64,000 nt of DNA. It comes from the human T2T-CHM13v2.0 reference genome, Homo sapiens. Position numbers and translations under genes: made by a program. The notes beneath the pieces are model-generated. The model did not search any database. It was not told the DNA's origin and saw only the letters and a list, made by a program, of their open reading frames with translations. Of the stretch, positions 43,537 to 58,769 are shown piece by piece. The stretch lies in NCBI RefSeq assembly GCF_009914755.1, contig NC_060930.1; one strand, 5' to 3'. Each line of letters opens with the position of its first letter. The first letter of the stretch is position 1.

Positions 43537-45948
43537 CTTTTGGCCCAGCAAACATGTTTTTTTTAGAATCTATGCTATGGAAATAAAAATAATAAGACAT
43601 AAAAATATAATAATAAGAAAACAATGGTCAAATAACTAGAAACAATCTGGATGTGCATCCATATTGAAATGAAACCATTTGTACTCTACTTATCTTATTA
43701 AATATTATGAAGCATAACAAATGAAGTTGAATTTATATCTTTTGAAATTTAGCGTAACTATTCACATAAGAAAAACTAATTGTAAAAACAAGCTGGGATC
43801 AATGTGTTTGATTCCATTTTTTGTAAATTAAAACAAAATGAAACTGATCTAAGTGTTTGAACATGGAAAGAGGTCTAGAATTTCTCATCCTTGATTACTT
43901 GAAGGGAAAGCCCTTTCTAAATTCTACCAATTATTTTCTATGAACGTTTCAATTTTCTGGCTGCAAGTAGCTTGCCTTGGGAGTTCTGACTGGGATTCCC
44001 CAAACCAAGACCACGTCCATAAGGCTGTTTGCATTAGGTGGAGCCAGGTGGAAGCTTTGTACCAGCTAAGACAATAGGTCTGGCATCTTTGTAAGAAATT
44101 TGGTGTCCACTTAAGAGTCAAATGCCTGGCATTTCCAAGGAAGCTTAAAACATTTTCTCAATTGAGTTAACTGGGATAACATTGCACAAATTTGGTTTTC
44201 TGCCTGGAACATCCAGGACCAAACCATGCATTCCCCTAAACTGAAATTCCAACTTTAATGTGGTCTCCACACACGCCCTTTTATTGTCTGGTGGTGGCCC
44301 AAAACCATCCCTGCTCATGCGGGGCCCAGATTTTCCCTTTCTTCCTTTCTTCAGAATTTAGGAAGACTTGGTGCAAATACATAAGCAGCTCAGATTGAGG
44401 CTGGTAATTTAAATCTGAAATCCAGCTGGGTATGACACCTTGGCTTTAAATCTTGGCTTCAAACCTTGGCTTTAACTCCCATTACCACCATCAAATATAA
44501 CACTTGGAAATGCTGACCTGGGTGACTCAACCCCACTGTTGAAAGGGAAACGTCCTGGAAAGCAAGAGTAATTTCAAAATCATACAATAATGGGAACACT
44601 TGGTCCTCAACAGGCCTTAAAACCTCCCTGAATTTCCTTTTCCGTCCACCTGACTCACCCCAAAGCTGCTCCCATGCCCATCATTCTCCAGGCCACAATT
44701 TTTCTGTAACCTTTGTGAATCTCACATTTTCCTCATACCCTCTTGCCTTCCTCCAATTCTTTCTCACAAAAGCCAAAACACCAGGTCTAATAAGAAAGGT
44801 CCTCCATAAAGCAGAGTGGGTAGAAAAGAGAACCAAATGGGACAACTTAGAAGATCCTGTATGAGGGTAGGGCAAAGGAAGGCTGGGAGCGCTTGTAAGT
44901 TAATGATTTTTATACTGACATAGGGACAATTTAATATTCATCTTTTTAATATTAAACAGAGAGTATAATTATATGATCAATCTTAAAGTCTGTGGATCTG
45001 AAGCCACTGGCAAGTTCCTAGGTCATCCAAACATCTGTATCTATTGCTCAGGTAGACTACAGACAAAGCTTTTATATTCCTGAACAAGAGAAACTGTTTC
45101 TCTTAAGCAGCGAGCCATAGGTATTCATTACCCTTATTCCTCCATTAATACTTGTGTGATGAACAGATTCTGGAACTTCAGTTTCCATTGACACAAGGTA
45201 GCTATTGACAGAAGTGCTTAGAATAAATTACTTTACATTCAATATAAAATCAATAGATATAATGGGATAGCCTTAGAAAACTCACAAAAGTGGTGCATTC
45301 TGGGTTTTTTTTCTTCCATATATACTTTTTTGGGAAGAAAGATAAGTGGACTATTTTTAACTTCAGAAATAAACTCCAATTATCATAATCAGATGACCAA
45401 GTAATGGAAACTGCTAAGTCCCTTCTCAGTCTTGCAGTTCGACACTCAATAAGAGATTGCAAAGTGCTGAAAGTTTCATTAGAGTCAGTCAATGCACATC
45501 AATGAGGCTTCCACCCAAAGAAAGAGGACTCTGAAAGCAACCAGCTATACAGTGAAGGCAGCCATGGATAATTCACAGAACTTTGATGTTGTTTATAAAC
45601 AAAAACTAGAAACGGTGTCACAGTAGTTTTCTACTTACAGAAAGATAAATCAACAGATGAGAGCAGCAGGAAAACCAACAGAGTGGGTCAGATGGAGACA
45701 TCCTGTAACGTAAAAGATAAAGATTATAGCAGAGAAGGGATATCCTGTAGAAAACATTTAGAAGATGGCCTTTTTTCTATCAACTAAATTCAGAAAAATA
45801 TAAACTATGTGGCATGAGAAACAAAAGACAAGATAAAACAAAAAGATGAAAGAGGAGCTAAGAGGCATATACAAAATTAACAGAAAAGTGAGTGAAGTGA
45901 AAAAGATGTGTTTAAATTAATACACTTACAGAGTTTCCATATACACCT

Positions 45949-46329
45949 TGTCATGCACGGAATTGTGTGACCCCAAAGTTCATATGTTGAGGCTCTAACC
46001 TCAGATATGACTGTATTTAGGGATAGTGTCTTGAAGGAGGTAATAAAGGCCCCCTTGAATGAGGTCATAGGGTGGATCCTAATCCAAAAGACTGGTGTCC
46101 TTGTAAGAATAGGAAGAGATACCAGGAGTGAGCACACACAGAAGAGAGGCCATGGGAGGACACAGAGAGAAGGTGGTGTCTACAAGCCGAGGAGAGAGGC
46201 TGCACCAGAAACCAACCCTGCCAGCAGTTTGATCTTGGACTTCAGCCTCCAGAACTGTGAGAAAATAAACTTCTGTTGTTTAGGTCCCCCCAGCATTTTA
46301 ATACGATACAGCCCTAGTAGACCAATACA
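45949..46329 (+). mobile_element. MLT1B-like MaLR solo LTR
   Basis: TG...CA ends with perfect 5-bp TSD CACCT (45944-45948/46330-46334). Confidence 0.92.
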
Positions 46330-46380
46330 CACCTCAAGCAGTGACAGGCAGAACTGAAACTGGAGAAAGTTAAAAGACTA

Positions 46381-46800
<420 letters not shown>

Positions 46801-46997
46801 TCAACTTATAGGTATTGGGTATATTTTTTATAGGAAAAATATAACAAAAAAATTTTAAAGGACTTAAAGGATTCGTTTAAACCACAAATATTACAAATAA
46901 AAATGGATCCTTATAAGCAAACATATTTAATTATAAGAGACCAATACTTTCATGTAGCCTGATAGTATTATACAATTTCAAGATTAAGAAAAGAATC

Positions 46998-47428
46998 TTG
47001 TGGTTCCCAAACTGTGTGCCAAGATGTCTGGGGGTATTACCATAAACTGACACAATGGGATATTTTCAGTTTTTGAGAGAAACAGAGGAATACAGGACAT
47101 CTTTTGTATATGTGTAAATTAGCTTAAGGTAGTTCATAAATTTGATTGTACTTCATTTCTTTCTATGATGTCACGTTTTTGCGAAACTGGATTTTTGATG
47201 GGTGTTTTGATAAAAAAGCACATCCTATATGAAAATCGATGTGTAACAAGAAATGAGGCTGGAGGTGTTCAATCTGATTTCAAGATTTGAGAAGTTATGG
47301 CTGTGATCAGTAGGCACATATGCTTTCATTAATATGTAATTGTGGTTATTGAATAGTTTAAGCGTGGTTATTAAGTAATATTAAATTATTTAAGGGTGCC
47401 ACGAACCGAGGAAGTTTGGGAACCTCCA
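46998..47428. mobile_element. MER119/Charlie-like hAT DNA transposon
   Basis: Inverted termini GGTTCCCAAACT (47002-47013)/AGTTTGGGAACC (47413-47424). Confidence 0.75.
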
Positions 47429-47774
47429 ATTAAGCAGAAGGGCATTTGAGCAGGAAAAAAAAGAGAATACAAAATATTTCTTATAAAAATAATAAAACTT
47501 AGCTTGTCTTAGTCTTATCCCACAAAAGTAAACCCCAGATGGCTAAAGAAGTTTCTATTAATATATAGGCAAATTAATCTCATTTTTTTTCAGTTTTTTT
47601 TTTGGTGAGAGCATGTTCATGGTATACATTTTCTTAGTTCTGAATGTCTGCTATTACCTTTTCGATAAAAAGAATTACTGAAAGATATTAAAAGAAGAGG
47701 TGTTTAAACTAAACAAGAAATACATCAAAATTACTAAGCTGTAGGTGAGATTATAATATAAATTTATCTAAGGC

Positions 47775-47777
<3 letters not shown>

Positions 47778-47812
<35 letters not shown>
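47778..47812. repeat. (TA)17 microsatellite
   Basis: Direct reading; uninterrupted. Confidence 0.97.
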
Positions 47813-47814
<2 letters not shown>

Positions 47815-47876
47815 TTTCAAATCCATTTAAAGGACAAATAAGCTATTTAAAAAGAAGACAAAACGTTTAAAATACC

Positions 47877-48165
47877 TTTTTCTTTTGAGACAGGGCGGAG
47901 TGCAGTTTTATGATTTCACCTCACTGCAACCTCCGCTTCTGCCTCCCGGGCTCAAGCAATGGTCCTTCCACCTCAGCCTTCTGTGTAGCTGGGACTACAG
48001 GCATGTGCCATACACCACCATCCTGGGATAAATTTTGTCTTTTTTGTAGAGACGGAGTTTTGATATGTTGCCCAGGCTGGTCTCGTACTCCTGAGATCAA
48101 GGGAATCGCTCACCTTGGCCTCTCAAAGTGCTGGGATTACAGGTGTGAGGCACCGTGCCTAGACT
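47877..48165 (-). mobile_element. AluJ with internal deletion
   Basis: Alu dimer lacking ~20 nt near the tail; TSD-like TTAAAATAC on both sides. Confidence 0.9.
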
Positions 48166-48789
48166 TAAAATACATTTTAATAATAAAAATGTATGTCTAC
48201 AACACTACTTTTTCAGATGATGTATGCTAATATGATCAACACAAATATTTTATCTGTTAAATTTCAATTAAAATCTCTTTTTTCATGCTTTCTTGAGAGA
48301 ATACCATGTGCCAAGTAAGTACTTATGAGGTGTTGGACCAATTTCCTAATGTGTAAAGATTTCTTATGACATTTTATTTACTCTCTAGGTTATTTAGAGA
48401 ATAAATGTTTAGAAGTTATAAAAGAGTAATTTTTAATCCTGTTTATATATGATGATAAATTGAAAGGAAAAGAACCCAAGAGAATGTGATTTTATTTGAT
48501 TTTTGAGATTTCAAAACATAATATGTAGGAAAATATGTAGTAAAACATCTGACTTTCATACTTTTTATGTTGAGTTTAGTAATAGAAATTTATGAAATAA
48601 AAATATTAAGAAAAGTACAAGCAAAAATTAATATTCTTCCTAGCTAATTTAAAATGCTGGACATTTTTATAATATGCATTTTAATGATTTCATAAATAGC
48701 AAATTGTAACAAGTTAGGCATATGCACTTGGCTTTTATTTATATATTACTCACTTATCAAACTATTTTTTTAGATTTCTAGGATGTTAT

Positions 48790-49290
48790 TGAGGTAGGAG
48801 AATGGGGTCTGGAGACAGGGAGCCTAAGGCAAACCTGCAGCTGACTTCTTGGAATTGGACTGAGAGGAAAACCCTACCTCTCGATGCCCAAGTGACAAGA
48901 GGTCAGAGGCCCTTCCCTCTACAAAACCCCTTCCCCCCATGTCAGAAACAGGAAATGCCTCTGATTGGTCTGGGCCAAGCCTTCACTTCAGCCTCTGATC
49001 GGTCATGGACCAAGCCTTTATTTGCATAGGGTGTAACCAATTGGAGGCCTCTAAAAGGTACCTAAGGGTGTTACCAAATTATTTTAGTCTAATAAAAACC
49101 CCAAAGAACAGTGCAATCAGGGCCCTTGAACTGCTTGCTGTAGCCCATTCCCACTCTGTAGAGTGTACTTTTGCTTCAATAAATCTGTGCTTTCCTTGCT
49201 TCGCTCTTTGTTGCTTTGTTTGTGCATTTTGTTTAATTTTTCGTTCAACAAGCCAAGAACCTGAACAACTCGCAGCCAGGACTTTCCATC
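48790..49290 (+). mobile_element. MER51-family ERV1 solo LTR
   Basis: TGAGGTAGGAGAATGGGGTCTGGAGACAGGGAGCCTAAGG...TTCAATAAATCTGTGC...GCCAAGAACCTG. Confidence 0.85.
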
Positions 49291-49972
49291 TATCTTTCAA
49301 CCAACGTTATCTATCTTTCAACCAAAAAAGTACCATGAGCTAAAATAAATTAGTCCTAAATACACAGATTTGTTTTAAATTCAACAACATAAATGTCAAA
49401 AATTATCCCAAAAACCTATACAAGTAAAATATTAAGATAATAATAAAAATAGGGCTTTACTCAATTATGTTTTGGAAATAGGCAGAAGTGAAATAATTTT
49501 TGCAGGTGTAGATTCTGTTTTCAGGTTTGAGATTAATATGGTCTTGCTTATATTAGAGGAATGTTCATATCCTCATCAGAGCCTTTCCCACAAATCCCTG
49601 ATTGGTTTAAGAACAGTAGGAGTTTGCGTTTAGTAGGGTTTTGCAATATGCTGGGGACGAGAGCCCTTGATACTGCCCCTCTTAAACTGCAGGCGTGAGT
49701 GCATTTCTGGCACCTACCACGTGGTTCTTTGAAAAAGCAAGATCCCTGGGAATATACATCTCAAATTCCTTTCTAAAATATGACAGGTTAGTGAAGTTCA
49801 TTTTCATGATCAATGTCTTGCTAATGTTTTGAGATTTTATGGACAAAGAAAAATTTACAGATGTATATGTATTTTGCTGCCAGTAAATGAACCACTTTTA
49901 AAACAGTACTCCTTTGAGTTTTTTATTGGTCTGAAACACATGCAAATAGTTAATATATTAATATTTTATATA

Positions 49973-50085
49973 CCAGTGCTTTTCAAACTTTAATGTGCCT
50001 AAGAATGACTTAAGGATTTGTTAAAATGTAGATTCTAGTTCAGAGATCTAGATTCTGCTGTTCCAGGGACTTTGAATAGCAAGGA
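49973..50085. mobile_element. MER5A-like fragment
   Basis: CAGTGCTTTTCAAACTTTAATGTGC...TTGTTAAAATGTAGATTCT. Confidence 0.65.
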
Positions 50086-51336
50086 TGAGAGCGATGACCA
50101 AATTCAAGTGTAACTGAAAATGAAGACTTGGAAATGAAGAGCCTTATGAACCAATATGAGAGTTTTTAACTCTATTTTGAAAGCTAAAGGAATTTGATCT
50201 GTCATGACCATATTTTTATTTTAGAGAAATCACTCTGGAAGTTGTTTGAGTATGTATTGGAGGGGAATTGGACTAGAGCCAGAGAAACTACCTAGTAGAC
50301 AAAAAGTAATCTAGTTACCCAGGTACAGCCCGATTAAAGGCTGCAGGTCCAAGGACCACAGAGAGCCAATCTATAGATGACACTAAACTTGACAAAAATA
50401 TAGTGCCAGTTAAGCCAGACTTTCACTTATGGCCTTAGGTAACTGATGAAAAGTAAAATGATCCTGCTTCTTGCAACATCGGCTATAGATTTGAGCACAA
50501 AATAGGACACCATGTCTTGTTTCTCCTAACGTATGTCTTGTTGATTTTTGTTGGAGGTAGAGGTGAATACTATAAGGGGCAACTTAGACCTCGTATTTGA
50601 CCACAAGACCAGCCAACTGAAGCCTCTTGAAGTTTGAAGTTTCTTTTTACCATCTGTTTCCTTCTAAACTGGAATAATGCAGGAGGTAGTATGGTAACAT
50701 GGAAGTGAACTGTACTTTACCATCTAAATATACCTCCTGAGATACGGCATAGTTCATGAAATTGATGTAGTGAAAAAAGCCACTTTTAGTATATCCAAGT
50801 AAAGTATCTAGATGCCCAGTAAATACTAGTGACTAATGTTATCTGGTAATGAATGAAGAAGACTTTGAAGTAAAACAGAATTCCAAATAAGTAAAAATGC
50901 AATGTTCTATCACTAAACATGATCAGTCCTTTATTTTGGACATAAAGAATATGCTAGACATATTCTAGCTGGGTTCAGTATGCCAACAAAAAATGGAGGT
51001 TGAACCAACTGTTTAGAGAGTATTTGTTTGAAAAGGGCCTAAGTAATGGCCTTGTATTTTCACTCATATGTATATAACTGTAGGTGGGATTTTGAATACA
51101 TTTACAAGAAATTAAACAATAAAAGAAATCAGATAATGGAAAAGGGAAAGTGTTCATTATAACTCCCTTTATCTGGAGAGTCTTATCTAACACATATAAG
51201 TAGGAGTGTCAAGGAAATACTTTTATTTGAATAGACATTTTTGAATTAACTCTGGATGTTTTTCTCTTCCTGGTAGTCTGATTCCTCCTCTTGCACTCTT
51301 TCCACTATTTTTAGTGCTAGTGAAGAATAGGCTGGG

Positions 51337-51341
<5 letters not shown>

Positions 51342-51381
<40 letters not shown>
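51342..51381. repeat. (TG)20 microsatellite
   Basis: Direct reading of the sequence. Confidence 0.97.
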
Positions 51382-51385
<4 letters not shown>

Positions 51386-53367
51386 ATTCTGAGGTAGGAG
51401 AAGGTTCTGATGTACGGGAAGTTGTTATCCCTCAGGAAGAGAATGTAGACATCTTTCATGGGAAAAACAGAAGAGTGAAGGAAATCCATACAGCTGATAT
51501 TAAAGGGCTATACTTAGTTTCACATTTAGGGATTTGCGGGGGGAGATCACTTCGCAGTGTGCAATAGTGCAGCCATAGTAATTGAGAAGTGGTGATAGTG
51601 CATTCAGACAGAAAAAGAGCAGAAGTTGAGCTCCTCCATGCATGTTCTGTCTAAGCTCCCATGTGGCCCAGAAGGCATTTAGAAATTCCCAGGGGGGTAG
51701 GGAAAGAAGATGAGTTTGGAAATTTCAGACCTATTATTGGGCTTCTACAGAAAGGGGCAGTGTGACCTTAGGACAGAAACAAAGGTTCAGGGCCTAGACA
51801 GAAGCCACACTGAGAATATGGCCAAGATCATGGTGGGCTGAGTCAGGAAGGGGACACTATGCTCTGAGCTTACTGAAAAGAACAGACCACTAGATTCACC
51901 AACTCTTGACTTCAGAAGTGGGTGTCAGCAGGCACCAGCAAGCAGAAAGGAAAATGCCATTGTGTTGCAAGGGCGAGAGGGCACTCAGAACATAGGACAG
52001 TATCTTGCACATGGCTCCAAGGGCCTTGCCCCCTTCTGCCATGATTATGTATAAGGATTCCCATATCCAAGTACCATCTGGAGTTGGAACTTAATATAAG
52101 GTGTCATTACTTTAAGAAAATGGTTACGTCTTAAAAGTAACCATGCCTTACATTGTTTTAAATAAAGAAAGAATTGGTTATAATTTCTTTGCGCTTTACT
52201 TGATTAAAAGCTAAACAAATGTGACATTTTACCTTTCAATTTAAGCAGTGTTAGTTTTCTAACCTTGGAATTTAAAAAAAAATTCAATTTAAATTCAAAC
52301 TGCTCATTACAGAAAGTTAAGAATGATCTTCTCTAGCACAGTAGTCAGTATTTTATCATTATTATGCCTATCTTACATGGTAATGAAAGTTGTCGAGCTT
52401 GTGAAATAGGATATAATGACTAGGGATATTAAAATTGATCATATTTCTCAAATTCATTAACAATTAGATTCTTGACAATGCCTTTAATTATTTTCCTTCT
52501 GTAGCATGTTGGCTTGGGTAGTTTTTACATCATGGAGGGCATAAAATGTTTTAACATGTTTCAGGAGAAAGTGGTTTGCTTGTAATTTGTATCTTCCTCC
52601 ATGTGTACAACTTTAATTTTGACATGGATATGGTCCAAAGATACATGAGAAGGGTGGACAAATGATTCGCTTCTAGAGGTTTATAAGACTACTCCTTAGT
52701 TCACTGGAAAAACTCATTTGCTAAATGGACCCTCACTGCTCTGTGAGATGTTTACTTTGCTCTTATGTAAGTTCAGACTGCTTCGTTCTTCTAGCATTAA
52801 CTTAGTTTTGGCTATTTCTTCTTATCCCTTTTCATGGTATATAAATGCTCAGCAGACACTTAAAATCATGTGAAAGACAAACCAAACTACTTTTATTTTA
52901 AAGCTAATTTTCTGAGTGTAATTTTCTTATCTGTGAAATAAGAGTTGCACCATAGAAAAATATTTTTTTAAAAAAATGAATGAAGCAAATCTGATCACTT
53001 TAATCTCTTTGTTGTTTAAGGTTAACATTCCCCTAAACACCCTGAAATGTAAAAGAAATTTTAAACAAATTGAGAGTACTCTCTATATTTCCTTAATTAG
53101 TATATTTTTGGAAAGAGTATGCTGTATACTGTTTTTGTTCAAAATCTTTTCCTCAGATAAATAATAGGGACATTGAATAGAAATAAAATGATGCAGAGGG
53201 TAAAAGGCTATTGTGAGACTTTGCTTTCTTTCAACAATTAATATATATGTTTTCACATTCAGTTGCGTTTGGTGATTACAACAGAGAATTCCTTGAAAAT
53301 CGCAGAAAGATCAGTACCTGTCACATGCTAAATGTGGTATAAATTATGCCAGCTGCGTTTCTAGGCG

Positions 53368-53386
53368 CCAACACCAGACGGCGCTA
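53368..53386 (+). promoter_or_regulatory. candidate CTCF site within a small CpG cluster
   Basis: CCAACACCAGACGGCGCTA vs consensus TGGCCACCAGRKGGCGCTA; 9 CpGs in 53355-53455. Confidence 0.55.
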
Positions 53387-54794
53387 AAACACTGCAGTTA
53401 GTTGCCTGCCTGCCAGTCGAGGTGATGTTCACACTTCGTTCTACGCACAACGCGTGTTCTGTACATATTGCTAAACTGAGGGATGGGCAGAGAAGGGCAA
53501 ACTGTAACTACAGTTTATTTTAGCTCATGTTTAAATACAGGATATACTCTGTTTTCCTTCTGTACAGGAGAGGGAACTCTTCACAGGTGAGCTCAAGAAT
53601 GCATTTCATTACCCTTTGTCTCTTGTTCTTGTTGGCAAAAATCAGTGGTTAGGTGCCTGAGTGTGAGGAAAGAAATAACTGGCTATATCCGTCTAAATTA
53701 ATCACTAGTAAGGAAAATTAGGGAAGTTACAGGAAGTAAAGACCCTCAGGCAAAGGCTCAGGGATAATTTAGAAAGAACTAGAAGGGTGCATGGTGGGAG
53801 TGTAGTGAAGAAGCAAACTTGATTTTTGAAAACCCAGAAAAATATAAGAACTAGTTTTCTTCTTTTTCCCTGATGCTATTGCCTTTCAAAACGATGAAAT
53901 AGTAAATGGTAAATTTTGAGATTGCATGTTATAGTCAATGCAAAAGTTTTTAAGAAAAGCAGATATACTTGCTGCTTCTTGAGTTAGAATATAGAATGAG
54001 AGATCACTGCTGTGTTATAGATAGAAAATGTGATGGAAAGCAGTTGCAAAGCTGGGCATAATTCCATAAAATTTTTCTTTTTTAAAGATATATTTGCTAG
54101 TAAGGCAGTATACACACAACAGAGCACTTCAGTTTCAAATTATGTTAAAACATCTATGAAGTAGTCAGCAGTATCATAGATTTTTTGCTTCTGCCATTCA
54201 ATGAGGCCCTGTCATTGACAGAGCTTGGTGACTACCAATTGTTGATGTTGATGGGCTATGCTGGGGCTCTCAGGAGAGCTGGGGTCTCTGTTCTCTGAGG
54301 TTTTCTAAAATTCTGAGATCATATGGTTTCATAACAATGAAAATCACTTGATAGCAGCAATGGAGTTGTCGTTATGAATACCGATTTGTTTAACTGTTAG
54401 TTGTGAACACCTAGGAATGAATTTGCTTCTTAATGGCCATATTATATTGGACATTCTCAGAAAAAAAGGTTTTTAATGAAGAAAATAAAAACCAAATTTC
54501 AAAATATACTACAATTATATTTTCTATTCATTAGACAAAATAAGAGAAAATGAAAAAACCATAAATTGATGACTTTAAAACTAAAAATAGGTTATTTATT
54601 CTTAAACAAGAATTTATTTCTTCTTTAAGAAATATAATAGCTGAGAACCTCAAAAGAAACCTACACCTAAGGAATGATGTGAAGTAATAGGTACCTATGA
54701 CTTCTAAACTTATTGTGTATGAATTTATTCACATCTATCATCATTTATACAAAAACACTTAAAATTTCACAATCTCTCCTGTTCCCACAATTTA

Positions 54795-55263
<469 letters not shown>

Positions 55264-56161
55264 AAGATTAAAACAACACAATTGTGATTTTGCGATTTGA
55301 TAGTGAAGAGAGATTTTCAAATTTATTCCTCAGTTTTTTCTGAAAATGAAAATGTTGTATAACCACTTAACAATTTACCTATTTTCAGGAAATAATATTC
55401 GATAAAACGTTATACCATCACTGATAGGAAGGAAAAAAAGCATTCTTAATTTGTTTTTTGTTAGTTGACTTGTTTTTTTTTGGCGGGGGGCACAATTTCT
55501 TATGACAAGACTTTGAAAAGATCAAGATCTTCAAGATGGCTTCAAACTTATCAACTTGTAGGTATTCTTGTAAATATAAAGAGAAATGTGAAAGTAATAT
55601 GCTTCAATAATCAAATTAAATTAGCACAATTGCAATTTTTGTTTGAATCAAGATGGCTTAATAGTTTTATGAGGCTACACATTATGGAGAATATATTTTA
55701 CTCTCCTAAGCCAAGAGAAAACTTCAGGACCAACTAAAGTGTACCCAAATATGCATTTATCATATTTTATTTGTCTATATTACTCTTCAATATAATGGTT
55801 TTATGATGTAGAATATCTTGATATTTTATACCTTTATCAGAACCTTTATACATGAACACAAACTGTATACCTACATCTTTAGATTTTGGTACTAAGACAA
55901 AGGGGTCAGTTACAAGTGTCTGAGAGTTGTTTGGTTGGTAAAACTTCTAGAAGATAGTGAGTTCTGAGAAAATCATGGTAACAGAAAGTAAAACTTGCAC
56001 ATGTGGTGTTGTGAAGAAAGAAATTGAAATGGCAGTTACCACTTAGGTAAAAGGCTAATAAACCCGATTTTAGAAGACATGAATATCTGCATTTTAGGAT
56101 TCTTTTCTTGGTTTGAATAAGTGATTCGAGAATCCCAACTGGACTGTCAGAATGGATGTTA

Positions 56162-56551
<390 letters not shown>

Positions 56552-56560
<9 letters not shown>

Positions 56561-56816
56561 AAAGAGAGAGAGAGAGAGGGAAAGAAAGAAAGGAAGGAGG
56601 GAGGGAGGGAAGGAGGGAGGAAGGGAGGGAAGAAAGAAAAGGAAGGAAGGAAGGGAGGGAGGGAGGGAAAAGAAAAGGAAGGAAGGGAGGGAGAGAGAGA
56701 GAGAGAGAGGGAGAGAGAGAGGAAGAAAGGAAGAAAGAAAAAGAAAAAAGAAAGAAAGAAAGAAAGAAGGAAGGAAGGAAGGAATAAAGGAAGAAAGAAA
56801 GAAAAGGAGAAAGAAA
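56552..56816. repeat. 265-nt polypurine (GA/GGAA/GGGA/GAAA) tract
   Basis: Only one pyrimidine (T56785). Confidence 0.95.
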
Positions 56817-57199
56817 CTGGACCTTCCACCTCCTGGGTAGTTTGGAATTGCTCAGTCTAGCATCCGATTTTGTAACTCTGATAAGTCTGAAACAAATACA
56901 TATATTGATGAAAAGTTGACGATAAATAAAGCTAAAATTATCATCACATCTCCAATAATCTTTTATAAGAGATGATACAACTGCATTCCTTTTGACTTTA
57001 GTTAACGACTTTTAGTGAAGCTCTTCAGTGACAGCTTGCATACAGAATCAAACATGTTAGAACTATAACATCCCCAGAGCAGGGTCAGAATGAAGCCTAC
57101 AGTTGGGATAGAGTGCATGTTTTGCCTACCTGTTTAACACATTTAAAGAATGGGGTCATGATATATACTACATAAGTTCATCTCAACCCACTATGCTGC

Positions 57200-57399
57200 C
57201 TTCCAGATACTTCCACAAGCAACTTAAAATTATAAAATGAGTACACATACTCATTTTATGATTATGAAAAGAGTACTCATACTCATCTTACTCTTACTTA
57301 TAAGAGTAAGAGTACCCTTACTCTTACAAAATGAGTACATGTACTCATTTTGTATATGTACCTGTACATATATAAGTTGCTTGTAGAAGTATCTGGAAG
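57200..57399. repeat. nested inverted-repeat cluster
   Basis: 27-bp outer arms (26/27 complementary) enclosing four internal hairpins, including a perfect 30-bp palindrome. Confidence 0.95.
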
Positions 57400-57830
57400 A
57401 CACTTCCACTAAAAAGTAACAAGTCAGATTATTATAATTTACACAAGTTAAGTAATATACTGATATTAAATCATATTTTGCATTTTACTCATCTATGTTA
57501 AAATGTACTTAGTGTGTCCTTTATCAATTTTGATTAATTTGCAAACTTTAACATATTATATTCTAATTAAAGTTCATTTAATTTATTATATTCTCCAGTT
57601 GCGTTTTTTTTTTTTTTTTGGTTAGCACACAACACTTAAAACCGTTAATCCTTAGGGTTTTGGTTAATTAATACTATCTTATTAATGAGTTTTGAGTACT
57701 TATTAACCAGGAGAAAAAATAGTATCAGTCTTAGCATCTGAAGTCAGAAAAAATATAGTTAAAAAGGTTAAGATTTGTAATCTCTTTATTATTGGATTTA
57801 TCCCGTAAGAAAATAATTTTGAATTTTCCT

Positions 57831-58750
<920 letters not shown>

Positions 58751-58769
58751 AAAGCTCCTAATTCTTTGA

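Noticed and set aside
51385-52200. Possible old LTR-like block after (TG)20
   Set aside because: Composition suggests a repeat, but I could not support termini, TSD or family
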